A stretch of DNA of 64,000 nucleotides from Schizosaccharomyces osmophilus (taxonomy: Eukaryota). Location of the stretch: contig NC_079240.1 of assembly GCF_027921745.1 (NCBI RefSeq), positions 2,232,001 to 2,296,000 on the forward strand, written 5' to 3'. A model generated the notes under the pieces. The model made no database searches and was not told where the DNA came from. It saw nothing but the letters and a program-made list of their open reading frames with translations. Made by a program: the position numbers and the translations under genes. Below, piece after piece: positions 12,848 to 24,930 of this stretch. Numbering within the stretch: the first letter of the stretch is position 1; every line of letters starts with the position of its first letter.

Positions 12848-13987
12848 TTTAGAACAAAACTGGGATGGTTTCCAATGGGGGAAAAAAGTCTTACACGATA
12901 TGAATAAAAATACAAGAAAATGATAATTAAGCACAAACGCAGCAAAAGTTTTCAAGTTTACTCGGCAGTGAAACAATCAAATGAATCAATAAACTCAGTA
13001 ACTTTTTGATATTGTATCTTTTTGTCAAAATTAACACTTGCGTATTCCACAATCTGCTTCTGTCTCTGGTTGTTTGAAAATAATTGAATTGTGGAATCAG
13101 TGAATCGTCGCTTTTTGTAATAATAAACAGTAGCACTCCAATGTACCTTCTTGTCAAAGAAGCGCCTTAGTTAGAAGACACACAGGAAAATCGACGCTAT
13201 TGTCTGTAAACTTTCCTTCACCTTATTTGCTTCGTGCTCTCTATTTCTTCTGCAAGCTTGCAGAAATAACACCACCACAAATAGTCTCTCTTCGGTTTAT
13301 AGGAATGCGTTCTTGGAGCTTGTGTTTTGCTAAGGACAAGTGAAGCATGGTGTTGTCATTCCCCAATACGCTTGAAGTCATTAATTGAGGAGGAATTCTG
13401 TTTTCCCGCCGTCCCTCGTAAAATCTGCCACCGAATATGAGCGTACTAACGAATATTTTATATAACGACTCTATCAAGTTCGTTAAACATACCAAATGAA
13501 TTTAGTAAGATTCAGAAAATAATATGATATATCAGTGCATATGAAAACAAAAGAATAGAAAAAGAAGGAAAATGAAATCTTGTAAAGGGTCTAATCTTGA
13601 CGATACATAGAATCTAGTAAATACAGTGCGTTCGATGTTATGGCTCTCAAAAATAAAATACGAAAGGTACGAGAAACTTCCTGTTCATATTCAGTAGATT
13701 CAAGCACTTACAAGAACGAACTGGATTTATAATACACCTCAATTGCTTAATTTTTTAATAGGCTAGAGTCCATCAGTTGTATGCTCAACTTTTCTTAGCT
13801 GCACAGAGAGACTCGAATTTTTGTAAATCGATCACGACTTTGTCGCTGTGTAGAAATATACTAATACAATCCTTTTTTCCGATATTGAGAGTTAGCTACA
13901 TGTTGAAAGCATCTTTCATTTCGCGAGTGCTATTGCTCTTCCAAACATTGAACCAATAAAATCGGCATTATTCATTCATTATAGTCA

Positions 13988-16900
13988 TTAATCATTATTC
14001 GTATTAGAAACAGCATGCACAAGTTCCCAGACTCGAAGGCTCAAGTCTTCAACAAATTCACGAGATAAAAACGAGTATTGACGATTTTGAAACTTTTCCT
14101 TCAAGATACCATTCCAGCAAGATTTAAAAAATTGTAACAAAATTTGAACGCTCGTAAGCTGATCATTTGAAAGCTTATTTAACGACATAGTAAGCGATAA
14201 TTTAGTCGAAAGTGCGCTGTTTGTACGAGATTTGGACTGAGTCGCTTGATTCAATGCATTCTTTGGTCCTTCAAATAAACTGCTCGTTTTCACCAAGTCC
14301 CAAATAGGATTAGTGGATTTGTCTATTTGGCTCAGCAAATTTGAAGATTCGCTTTTAGGGTCCGTATCGTCATAAGGCACCAGTGTTAGGATTTGTGATT
14401 GTTGCAACAAATCACGATAAGTGGTATTTGCATCGAAGTCCAAATTCAACCTCCAGTGTTTTGAACTTAACGTCGTTATGGAGTGTATACTATCTAAACA
14501 AGGTAAAAGGCCTGGTGCTTCAAAATTTTGTATTGTACCATTCTTGTGGCATATTTTCATCGGAATTACGCAAGGCTTCTTCGTTTCCTGATCCCTAGGA
14601 ATTAAACATCTCTCTTCAACAGCAAGCACCCAAAGGTTCCTAGAAGCTTGCAAATGTGAATGATTATCCTGTGTATTTTTTGCAAATTGGGGGTATAAAG
14701 AAACCAATAATGCTGCAATTGCCAAATTACTGTGAGACAGAGAATAGCGACCTTCTCCTAACGTCAAAATTCCAAGTGCCATGTGCGTAGCCATCTGAGC
14801 ACCATAGTTCGCGGGTTCAATTCTTCCATGCAGCAACCGAAGTCTCTGAAGCGCTTCCAAATCGCAGTATCCTGCCATTACACATGCGACCGAAAGAGCT
14901 ACTACGTGAGTACAACGGACGACGGTAACAGAGGTGACCCTTTCATCATAAGTCTTTGCTGGTAAACGACAAAGCCGGATAAAATTATCCAAAAAGTTGA
15001 TAAGAATTTCCTTTGCTTTTAGGTTTCCTGTACCAACAAAACGAAGTCCAAGTGAAAAACAAATGCCACTTATCACATTATACAATAGTAGATCATCCGA
15101 AGATAATATACTCTTTTCACGTAAATCAAATTGTGAAATCATTATTTCTGGTATTTGGCTTTTCACCCATTCAAAGTCTGCTTTAACTTCATCCCACATA
15201 ATCAAATTTTTCCCCAAAACTCGTAAAAGAATAATATCCGGTCGATAAAAGTCAAGTAAATATCTAGATTTCGGAATATCAACTTTGCTGGCAATTTCGA
15301 CATCGTTTGTTTTTAAGTAGATCAAAACTAGCGCCATTATTGCCCCAGGGGATCCGGTTTCCAAAGATTGGAAAGCAGGTTGACTGGATATGCCCATCTG
15401 CAGTCTTGACACTAGCTTTAAATCCGCCATTCCTGGAAGATTCGAGCCTTTACCAAGGTTTATTAATCCCAAAGCGAACCCTGCAGAGAGCTTATAGCCT
15501 TCGTTTTTATACTGGTTTTGTTCGGGCGTTAAAATTTCCTCCATGGTAATTTCTGACATTCGTCTATGGCAAGAGTCGTAAAATAGTAGCCCAATTCCCA
15601 AAATTCCTGCAGTCTGTGTCAAAGGCGAAATATTTAACTCGCTTGACCCCATAGGTAGTAGTGCCAATACATGCACACTTAACAGTTTGGTAACCTTTGC
15701 ATCCATTGTGCCGAGATAGGATACTGATAATCCTAAAAGCAGCCCAATGCTTGTAATATCGTGCTTACTAGTTAAGTAGATAAAGGAATGCCATGTAGCT
15801 AGTTCTTTCAAATGACCATTGAGTCCTAAACCAAGCAAAAACCCAGCGTGAAAGGGTGAAAGAGTAGTAGGTCTATTGAACATTATCCAGCTGGTATTAA
15901 CTTCTTTGGACGATCGAGAAACCGTGAGACCTTGAGAGACACCCACATGAAACTCGGGCCATTCTGTTAATGAAGATGTTACAAAATCTTTATCGGGATT
16001 AATCAATAAAGTACCAGGGTGAAGATGAACAGTGAATTTGAAAGGAAGAGGACTTATTCGTTCAGTGGGAAGAGGGTTTTTGGTACCATACGTTAGCATG
16101 CCAGTTCCTATAGGTATTGCTAGACTTCTTATGCATATTGATTGTGCTAGTTTTTGTTGCATCGTGACTGAACTCAGATCAATATCAAATTGATCAGTCA
16201 TAACGCTGATCTGTTTGGAATAGCATAGCAACTGCTCAACCTCTGCTAACCGACGGTCCTCACGATAAATCATATCAGCATAAGACTGCTTAGCATGGGC
16301 ACTTGTGAGATCATTAAGCGTGAAATCAGTCACAGAATTTGTTAATACTCTTATATCCTTGTTTTCTTCTGTTGAAGTAGATAGGAACCAATTCGATTTT
16401 TTAGGATGTAGAAAACAATCAACATCCAAACGATTGACAATTTGTAATTCTTCGCTTCCCCAATATCCTGGAAAGTCATAAGCACACATGTCCAAAATAG
16501 TGTATAAAATGGATGCAATACCTGAAGGATATCTTTCAACGCGATTCCTTGTTATACCAAGTCGCACCATCTCTTCGACAAAATTATGCAATGACATTTG
16601 ATCGTTAAACAAGCAATCAAAGAGCTGAAAAATAGCATAGCTTTGAGTGAATAGGGAATAGCATGAACATGGTAAGCCATATACTTCAGGACTGTAAAAG
16701 CTTGAGATTTTCTGATGGTAAAGACATTCAATCATCCATTTATATATTGAAGGGAATTCATTTGGTTCCTGAATTTGTATTTGCAATGATACCGGTTCAA
16801 TTTTACATGTGCCTGAGACATCAAGCTCATAATACTCAGCAAAGCGAACCCAGCCTGTCAAATGACTTAATTGGTATAAAAAGGACACCAAATAATCTTT

Positions 16901-18355
16901 TCTTGGTTTTGCAGTAACATCTAACCTCAACTCCTCAGATATGAAATGTAGTGATAGACTAATAAGCGGGAGGATCTGTTTAAAAGAAGAATAATCAAAT
17001 TCTGAGGAAAGCAATATGGCAATCTCTATTTCTTTCTTGAAATGTATTAAAGATGAAAGATTAATCGCTTCCTCCAGGGTATCTGTTGTTTTTGGAAGTT
17101 CTCGGATAGGCGAAAAGAAGAAAAAGCATGCTAAAACTGCTGAGAAAAATGCTTCATCATCATTAAGTTTATAAGTAAATAGGGAAAACAAGTAACCGGT
17201 GTAGAAGATTTCATATTCACGGAGCGGTAAAACGTGCCGTAAGATAGTAAATGACCAGTTAACAAGACTGTTGGACACGTTTCGATCGACAGAAAGATAC
17301 CTCTGCTTTCCTTGTGTATCCATCAAATAGAGAGAAGCACCACGGACAGAGAAATTACAAAACGTTCCTTCTAAGGTAAGTGAAGGCGACATGGGGGATT
17401 CCAGAGTAACCTTGCCTTTAGCAGAAAGAACCACAATTTTTTGGAAATGTTTGGATTTCAGTGCTGCGATATTGGTAGCATGTAACTGTAAAGAATCAAG
17501 AAAATAAGGAGGTTTTCCTTGTACGAGACGGAATATCATCATATAAGCTTTTTGGAGTTCTTTAACAAGAGAAAAGATAACAAGGACTCCATTGACAATA
17601 ATGGAATCAAATGAACTTACAGAGCTCATGGGGAACGATTCAATATGTGAAAAAACGGAAGAGTATACAAAACCTTCTTCCTCAAATTTGTTGAACATGG
17701 AATCATTGGCCGAGTAGTACAAAGACTCTGAGCGTGTGATTTCAGACAGCTTGTCCTTCGAGAGGACACTAGATCTCCGTTTTCCCCGAGATCTCTGACC
17801 AACAGTATGCGCATTTGTATCCGAAAATCTGCTTCTCCAAAAAGAAAGTCTCTTTTCTTTCTCATTATGGGTAAGGACGATGTCATTCACAATGTAAACA
17901 ATGGTATCATGGGCCGAAAGCTTCTTTTTTCCTTCGACGCGAATCAGACTCAACTCGTCTAGAGGCCCGTTTAAACAAAATATGCGCGGCCAACCATCGT
18001 CTTCGCTATCAGCATGGAGACGTTCCAAGTAAATACCCTTTGGAGAAGACCAAGCGCTTTTCGTGGAAAACGGAATATTCACAATGTACGTGTCATTATT
18101 TTGATCATTAACATAATAAATGTATCCAATATCATCTAGAATAACTACAATTGCCTTTTTGTTTTTATCAAACGTTGTAATCAGTGCCGCTCGCACTTGT
18201 TGACCATCCAGGCTGTAATCAAACGTTCGATTCAAATGATCATTCACATAGTAATTTACTGAGCTTCCTTTAATTTCTAAACGTTCTGTTTCGTGTAAAT
18301 CAAGTATTGCACTAGACGCGGATTCATCAATAATCTCTGTTTTTAGTTCCAGCAT
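13988..18355 (-). CDS. cut4: Anaphase-promoting complex subunit Apc1
   Basis: 1455-aa ORF with PC repeats (HAGFLLGLGLNGHL, GLLLGLSVSYLGTMD) and HLQASRNLWVLAVEER. Confidence 0.95.
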   Translation of the reverse strand: MLELKTEIIDESASSAILDLHETERLEIKGSSVNYYVNDHLNRTFDYSLDGQQVRAALITTFDKNKKAIVVILDDIGYIYYVNDQNNDTYIVNIPFSTKSAWSSPKGIYLERLHADSEDDGWPRIFCLNGPLDELSLIRVEGKKKLSAHDTIVYIVNDIVLTHNEKEKRLSFWRSRFSDTNAHTVGQRSRGKRRSSVLSKDKLSEITRSESLYYSANDSMFNKFEEEGFVYSSVFSHIESFPMSSVSSFDSIIVNGVLVIFSLVKELQKAYMMIFRLVQGKPPYFLDSLQLHATNIAALKSKHFQKIVVLSAKGKVTLESPMSPSLTLEGTFCNFSVRGASLYLMDTQGKQRYLSVDRNVSNSLVNWSFTILRHVLPLREYEIFYTGYLFSLFTYKLNDDEAFFSAVLACFFFFSPIRELPKTTDTLEEAINLSSLIHFKKEIEIAILLSSEFDYSSFKQILPLISLSLHFISEELRLDVTAKPRKDYLVSFLYQLSHLTGWVRFAEYYELDVSGTCKIEPVSLQIQIQEPNEFPSIYKWMIECLYHQKISSFYSPEVYGLPCSCYSLFTQSYAIFQLFDCLFNDQMSLHNFVEEMVRLGITRNRVERYPSGIASILYTILDMCAYDFPGYWGSEELQIVNRLDVDCFLHPKKSNWFLSTSTEENKDIRVLTNSVTDFTLNDLTSAHAKQSYADMIYREDRRLAEVEQLLCYSKQISVMTDQFDIDLSSVTMQQKLAQSICIRSLAIPIGTGMLTYGTKNPLPTERISPLPFKFTVHLHPGTLLINPDKDFVTSSLTEWPEFHVGVSQGLTVSRSSKEVNTSWIMFNRPTTLSPFHAGFLLGLGLNGHLKELATWHSFIYLTSKHDITSIGLLLGLSVSYLGTMDAKVTKLLSVHVLALLPMGSSELNISPLTQTAGILGIGLLFYDSCHRRMSEITMEEILTPEQNQYKNEGYKLSAGFALGLINLGKGSNLPGMADLKLVSRLQMGISSQPAFQSLETGSPGAIMALVLIYLKTNDVEIASKVDIPKSRYLLDFYRPDIILLRVLGKNLIMWDEVKADFEWVKSQIPEIMISQFDLREKSILSSDDLLLYNVISGICFSLGLRFVGTGNLKAKEILINFLDNFIRLCRLPAKTYDERVTSVTVVRCTHVVALSVACVMAGYCDLEALQRLRLLHGRIEPANYGAQMATHMALGILTLGEGRYSLSHSNLAIAALLVSLYPQFAKNTQDNHSHLQASRNLWVLAVEERCLIPRDQETKKPCVIPMKICHKNGTIQNFEAPGLLPCLDSIHSITTLSSKHWRLNLDFDANTTYRDLLQQSQILTLVPYDDTDPKSESSNLLSQIDKSTNPIWDLVKTSSLFEGPKNALNQATQSKSRTNSALSTKLSLTMSLNKLSNDQLTSVQILLQFFKSCWNGILKEKFQNRQYSFLSREFVEDLSLRVWELVHAVSNTNND

Positions 18356-18467
18356 TCTTCCTCAAAATCTTTCGAAATCCAATTAGAGCTCTAAAACATG
18401 CACATTTCCTTCACAAAAGGAGTTTATTGTCAGTCAAGTGGTGGGATATTAATCGTTTGCGAAAAAT

Positions 18468-18478
18468 GTAAACAAACA
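18468..18478 (+). promoter_or_regulatory. Forkhead FLEX-type element GTAAACAAACA upstream of cut4
   Basis: Exact match to the Mei4/forkhead FLEX core. Identical copies occur at 1614-1624 and 37293-37303. Function is inferred only. Confidence 0.4.
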
Positions 18479-19702
18479 ACCAACCACCTTGTTGTCGTAC
18501 AATCGTCCTTTCTTTCCAATTCAAATGGTTTTCTATCTATTTTTCAGTTTATTGTTGTTTCTTTTTTACCTTACTTATTTCCACTCTGTGGTAAATCCCA
18601 ACTTTGTTTTTGATAGAATTCTCCTTCCATATGTTCCTGTTTATCCTTGCAACGAAATGTTGCGCAAAGTGGTAGAATTTCATAAATGTATTAGAGGAAC
18701 TAGAACAGAACGTTATACTAAAAAACAATCTAAGTAATGTGAGAAAAAAAACTTGCTTCTATGCAATCGCTTTAGCAGCCGGTATTCACAAATTGAAACC
18801 TGTTGTTTTGTGAGTTGGAGTCCTCTTGTAATTCTAGGTTAAAGGTACTTTCAGTAAAGATTTCTTCATAAAACAATTACACAAGTACGCCCTTGTCATC
18901 TTTAATACTTTACTTTAATTACAAAGCAGATAAGGCTATTTTCGTTTGCTATCGAATCTTTCAAATCGACTGCCAAACGAATTTAAAATTGTTCAAAACT
19001 TGTAGAAAAAAGAAAAAAATCGAGTAAAACAGTAATCCTTTATATGTAAATAAAGCAGCATCTCTCTTCCTCCATTTCTATTCTTGTTTCCAAATTTGTT
19101 TATGTACTCCCTTTGTTACCCAGCTTCGTTAAATTCAGCAACCATCTTTTTCGATCCATACTTGGATTCAATTTACTAAAACAAAAATAACCGTTCAAGG
19201 AACTTTAATGGATATTGAAACGAGCCAAGGACAACAATCTTCTTCTCTTGAGATTTTGCCCATTGCTGAGGATTCACATTCAACATCTTTACAGACTGAA
19301 CCAAATTTATCCGCTGGAATTTCATACAACTTCGATTACCGTTGGATTTGTCCTTTCTCAGCCAATTCATTCAATCACTTCAATAAAAATAGATTCTTTT
19401 CCCGAGAAACTTTTGTTCAAGCGGTTTTCTCTGCCAAAGAGCAAGTAAACAAACCATCTATAATGGGATCGCTCTCATATACGTAAAACTTCCGTATCTT
19501 CAATAAAGATGTCGCAACATATCCGTATTTACAAGGATATAACCAAGATGCTTATTTATCTTATACGAAATAGAAAAAGGCAATTATTGGAAAGACAGCT
19601 ATTATACCAATATCACTTTAGCATATTTTATAAAAATCGAGCGTTTTTATATCTATTCAGAAATTTCAACTGCGAGGCTTCCTTTTGTAATTCAGCATCT
19701 TC

Positions 19703-20194
19703 ATGAGCAGCAACAACTTTTGGCGAAGTTTCCGTCTTTCCCGGTTCTCATGGGTTAAGAACCCAATCCTTCCCCTATATACTTCTCCCGTGCGTCGTTC
19801 AATGGCTTCAAATTCACCTACCGGTCGTTTAAGTCTCAGCCAGCGTGTCAAGGATCTTACGAAAAAGTATGGTTGGTGGGCTCTGGGAGTATATTTAGGC
19901 ATCTCTGCCGTCGACTTTGGACTTTCCTTTGCTCTTGTTCGTACGTTAGGTACAGAAAAGATCGGTTACATTGAACATTCTGTCGTGGGAAGTCTCCGTA
20001 GCTTATTTAATATGGAATCCACTGAGATTCCCTCCTCTGACGAGTCTCAAACATATCATTCTAGCATTTGGACTGAAATAGCCGTTGCCTACGGGATTCA
20101 CAAAGCTTTAATTGTGGCTCGTTTACCCATCACAGCTGCCATTGTTCCTCCTCTGGTAAAGCGGTTCCGAGGCAGAAATATGCGTTTACGATGA
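19703..20194 (+). CDS. nat2: DUF1279/FAM210-like mitochondrial protein (Nat2-like)
   Basis: Arg/Ser-rich presequence-like N-terminus, KKYGWWALGVYLGISAVD and AYGIHKALIVARLPITAAIVP motifs. Confidence 0.85.
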   Translation: MSSNNFWRSFRLSRFSWVKNPILPLYTSPVRRSMASNSPTGRLSLSQRVKDLTKKYGWWALGVYLGISAVDFGLSFALVRTLGTEKIGYIEHSVVGSLRSLFNMESTEIPSSDESQTYHSSIWTEIAVAYGIHKALIVARLPITAAIVPPLVKRFRGRNMRLR

Positions 20195-20513
20195 AGTGAA
20201 TGGCAATTCCAAGAAATTAATTTCTAAATATAACAATTTCTAAAAAGATAGAACAAGAATAGCATGAATGTGAATAAAAAGTACCTCTTTTTCCCATACG
20301 CCCTCAAAGCACAGTAAAAGCAGATAACAATGCTTTCTCAACTTTCCATGAGGATAGTATTACTTCTATTCCTTTCAGAGTACAGCTCTGTAAATAAAAA
20401 ATATATGTTCTATTTGAATTGAACGAATACTACAAAACACCAAAATATTTGTGAAGCTTCTTACCAAAACACCAATTTTATATTAAAAATAAAGCAACAA
20501 TGACACATACATG

Positions 20514-22097
20514 CTAACGAGCCAATGTTATATCATCAATCTTCATAATCATCTTTGTCGTCTCAGCAGCCAGCTGAATAGAGCTAATATTAACAAGGAC
20601 GGGCTGTAAGACCTTCTCCTCTAAAATGTCTGTAACAATTCCCTTACGGACATTAATACCAGCAGTTTTCTCACCATTTGCGTGACGACTGCGAAGTTCT
20701 GTGACGACTTGAATAGCGCTTAAACCAGCATTTTCGGCGAGGGTAACAGGAATGATTTCTAAAGCTTCAGAAAATGCACGGAAGCAAAGAGCCTCTCGAC
20801 CTTCCAATGTACGAGCCACATCTAATAGGTGCTGAGCAGCCTCAATTTCTGGGGAGCCACCACCTGGAATCAAAGCTCTTTGTTTAACAAGACAACGAAT
20901 AACGCATAATGCATCATGAAGAGAACGCTCGGCTTCTTCTAAAGTAAGAAGATTTGCACCTCTGCAAAGAACTGAAACGGTCTTACCGGCGTTCTTAACG
21001 CCCATAAATTTGACAATTTTTTCACCCGATGAAGAAGCTTCTTCTACTAAATCAGCATGGCCTAACTTATCTTCATTGAAGGACTCAATATCGGCAATAG
21101 GTTTGCAACCCGTGGATTTGCAGATGAACTCTACTTCATCACGCTCGATCTCCTTAATAACCATAATCTTGAGCTTGGCCAAGAAATGAAGAGCAAGATC
21201 ATTGACAGCATCACGAAGAATTGATTTCTGAATGAGAATGACATTAGCACCAGACTTTTTAATTTTCTTGCACATGTTGAGTAAGTATTGACGTTCTTCT
21301 TTCAGAATCTTATCCATTTGACGATAATCATTTACAACAATCTGATTTTCCATATCGGGCTTGGGAGGGGAAAGCTGAAACTGGACGAGAGCGATGTTTG
21401 CCTTTTCCATCCGGGACGGTCCACCAGCCGTTTTCACAGCAGTCTGTGTCAATGCAAGGCCAGGAATCAACTCGGTGTCATCAATGATACCACCAAGCTT
21501 CTTAACAATACGAATGTCCTTCAAATCGACATTGGTAGCGACGCGGGGATCAATCACCTTCAAGACAGCATCCACAGCAATAGGAGCGAGCAAAGAACTG
21601 TATTGAGAGACAATCTTAGAGTTCAGAGACGTGGTAGCAGCGCGTAAAAGTGATTCTCTGTCTGATAATTCAATATTAAGAGAGTTCTTTGTCATACAGT
21701 CAACAGTAACTTCAGCGGCACGCTGGAAAGATTCAGCAATCACAGTAGGATGAATACCCTTCTTTAAAAGCTTTTCTGCACAACCAAGCATAGATCCTGC
21801 TAAAACTACAACACTTGTAGTACCATCTCCTGCCTCTACATCTTGAGCTGCACTCAAGTCAACGAGCATCTTAGCAGCGGGATGAAGCACTGACAAATGC
21901 TTCAAAATGGTAGCACCATCGTTCGTTAACACAACCTCTCCTTTTCCCGTCTGAATCATTTTATCCATTCCTCTAGGTCCTAAACTCGTACGAATAGCAT
22001 CCGCAACGGAGCGCGCAGCAGTAATGTTCGACAAGCGAACTTCCTGAGGCTTTTCTCGGTCCTGGAATGCCACTTGAGTCGTTGCAGCTTTCGACAT
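20514..22097 (-). CDS. cct4: CCT/TRiC chaperonin delta subunit
   Basis: [30 protein letters not shown] and delta-type [16 protein letters not shown] at 22097. Confidence 0.97.
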   Translation of the reverse strand: MSKAATTQVAFQDREKPQEVRLSNITAARSVADAIRTSLGPRGMDKMIQTGKGEVVLTNDGATILKHLSVLHPAAKMLVDLSAAQDVEAGDGTTSVVVLAGSMLGCAEKLLKKGIHPTVIAESFQRAAEVTVDCMTKNSLNIELSDRESLLRAATTSLNSKIVSQYSSLLAPIAVDAVLKVIDPRVATNVDLKDIRIVKKLGGIIDDTELIPGLALTQTAVKTAGGPSRMEKANIALVQFQLSPPKPDMENQIVVNDYRQMDKILKEERQYLLNMCKKIKKSGANVILIQKSILRDAVNDLALHFLAKLKIMVIKEIERDEVEFICKSTGCKPIADIESFNEDKLGHADLVEEASSSGEKIVKFMGVKNAGKTVSVLCRGANLLTLEEAERSLHDALCVIRCLVKQRALIPGGGSPEIEAAQHLLDVARTLEGREALCFRAFSEALEIIPVTLAENAGLSAIQVVTELRSRHANGEKTAGINVRKGIVTDILEEKVLQPVLVNISSIQLAAETTKMIMKIDDITLAR

Positions 22098-22466
22098 TGT
22101 TGTTCGTTTAGGAAAGGCAGAATTGAGCTGTTTCTTCAAAGAAGGTCTAAGCTGCAAAATAGTGAATTCAAAAATAGTATGTAAATATACATTACCAAAA
22201 ATCTTCACAACTCACTATACACAATTAGTACTACCTAATACATCATTAAAAATGTTACCGATGTAGTCTAAACCATCACTACAAAGTCACTACTTACTTT
22301 ACGGTACTGTAATTCTTTTTATAACTTGATTTGGGAAAATTAGTCGGGACCTCTCATCTCTTAGCTAAAATTACTGTCTGCTAGTTGAGCATAGTAGGTA
22401 TTTCATGAATTGATTGTATGACGAGATTGAATATTTGTCAACTACTTGTCTAAACGGCCTAACATC

Positions 22467-24043
22467 ATGAATTGGAATATCTGCATCGGTCTTGAAATTC
22501 GTTTCCAATTGGCAGCAACGAAGAAGTTGTTTAGTTCCGCATATGTGAAGCATGAAACTCCAAACAGTTCCATTGCTTTCTTTGATGCGGCCCTCCCTGG
22601 GTCTATGCCGGTATGATTTTTTGTTGCAGATCGTGGAATTTTGCTAATAATAATTGCGATAGGCATTGAATCCGGAAGCCTTAAGACTTGCCGTTCAAGG
22701 AGCGCTGGCACTTAACTGTGATGTTGCGCCGATATGTCAATTTGATCGCAAGCTAGTCTTTCATCCTGATTCATTATCTGGTTACCAGATAACTCAGCAT
22801 GAGATGCCATTGGGAGAAAATGGATTTATAGACCTTTCTCAAGATTTGGATGGAGTGGAAAATGTTCGCATTCCTATTCAGTCGATACAATTAGAGCAGG
22901 TATGGTTTCGCCATATGGTGGATTTTTTTGGAGCTAACAAGGAGAAAAAATAGGACGTTGAAGAATCTGTCCGAATGAAGCAAACTAAAAAGAATTTATT
23001 AAATTTTAATCGTGCTGGATCATCCGTGATTAAAATTGTCGTGCCTCCATGTTTGCATGATGAGCAGACCACTGGTGCCCTCATATGTAAATTGCGAATG
23101 GTGCTTTCTCATGCAGGACTTTTGTACCATGAAACGGAGCTTGGTGGAATGCATTGTCGTGTCAACATCTCTAGTGGTTCAGCGTCATCTAATCATAAGA
23201 ATATGATTTCTGGAATCAAGCCATTTCAAATAGAACTGGAGAATTTATTTCTCGTGCAAAATGTGAAGACTGCCATTCAGTCTGAAGTCCGTCGTCAATT
23301 TTCACCCGCCGAAGAAAGCAATTCTTTGCGTAACCAAGTGAGAGCTTTTGACGATAAAACTGGGAAAACCTTTTTCCTTCGTGAAAAGTCAGTTTTTGAG
23401 GATCATTTATATGTCTCTGAGACGGATATACCGCCCATTAACTTATCTAAGGTAAGTATTTGGCAAAAGTCACCCATACATTTTGCTAACATAGTCCAGG
23501 CGTACGTTGAGAGATTGAAACAAGCTATGAGCCCTCTACCTGACGTTCTTTATGCGACACTTACGTCGAAACCGTATATGTTGTCCAATTTTGAAGCTCG
23601 CGCTCTTTTAAGTTATGCTAAGGGTTATTTTTATTATACTTCAGTATGGGATATTATCGTCTCTCAAAAAAAGGTCCCCTCCAATACAGCCGATTATGTC
23701 CTACGGTCTTTGGCATCTTGCATTTTAACTGTCCTTTCATCAAATTGCAATAAGCGATTGGAGTCAGTTCCACCAAAACAATTAGCTGACGTTATTTTGG
23801 ATACAGGTTATAAGAAGGGATCTTTCATTAATGTTGAAAGCAGCATTCATTAGATTCGCTTCCATTGCAAGATAGAGGTGTTGTTGCCTACTTGTATAGA
23901 AACCTTTTCGAGATTCCTCGAGAGGTAAGGAAGCCCTAGAGAGTGGTTGCTTTGTTGGATTTATAATATAGTTCGAGTTTTACGGACTGGGAAAAATGGA
24001 TTATTGGGACAATTTTGGGAAAAATGGAAAAACTTTCACTTAA
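22467..24043 (+). CDS. Divergent GatB/Pet112-like protein (Glu-tRNA(Gln) amidotransferase B fold) lacking catalytic residues; exons 22467-22610, 22663-22899, 22954-23451, 23500-23806 and tentatively 23854-23924, 23972-24043
   Basis: Spliced translation: [15 protein letters not shown]...[16 protein letters not shown]...ALALNC...[20 protein letters not shown]...QLEQDVEES...[13 protein letters not shown]...MHCRVNIS...IELENL...EVRRQ...[24 protein letters not shown], collinear with GatB. The first three introns are canonical (GTATGA/GTATGG/GTAAGT, CTAAY, YAG). The last two are weaker; unspliced, the frame stops at 23853. Confidence 0.8.
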
Positions 24044-24930
24044 TTTTCGACGAATAGGTTATTTGAAAGAAACTTAGAATTCTATATCGAATCAAAATAA
24101 TTATTTTAACTCATATATCCAGCTTTTACTTATTAGTGGAAAAACTTGGGATTATAGACATGATATTGACAGCTTTTGCTGACCATGCTTAATCGAAGAG
24201 TGCCAGTAATGTTTTGACTTTATCTACGAAATTTGAAATTATACCTTGTTGTCTCTAGGTGGGATATAATATATATGTAAAGACTGTATTGGTTTACATA
24301 ATCATGCTTAAACACTCTAGTTAGTTGCTGAGTTGGGGATCCTGTGTATATGCCTGAAATTGAAGCAGCATAGGAAATCCAACATTCAGTTAGTTATTCA
24401 TATCTTTACTTTTTGATGAGTTTAAAAACAATGTTTCTAAAGGGTACTTCCTTATAGGGCTAGTCTCATCGAATCAGATATAACGTTCGGCTCATGCTTT
24501 TGAGATGCCTTTATGTCTGTAAGAACGACTGTTATTGTAGAGACTGAATTCCATCAATGAGTGGCTTTTTTGAGGCATTGCTAATGGCTGATGCGATTTG
24601 AAAGGCTTGAAGCAAGTCAAAGGTAAGAAAGAGCCATTTTCTGATTTATTGCCTTGCCGAATAAATCATTCATTCCTTATGGTGATTTACGAGCGTAAAC
24701 TCAATGAAATGGATAACTTTTCTGTTATCCAAAAGAGCGTTCTTTAATTCATTTATTCTATCATAATTAAACTTCAAAAGACTTGGAACATTCAATATTG
24801 ACTTGTAGGTAACAAGCCAACAGGGTAACATAAAATATTCATGATACAACATTGGAAAGTGAATTTTTGCAATATTGAATGGTTTCCGTCAAACCTGTCT
24901 TGCAGAAGAAACCGACGCGGTTTGTTTTCA

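Noticed and set aside
24044..24930. Search for a GatC/GatF third subunit between the gatB-like gene and gatA
   Set aside because: No ORF or spliced model resembling GatC/GatF could be assembled by eye.
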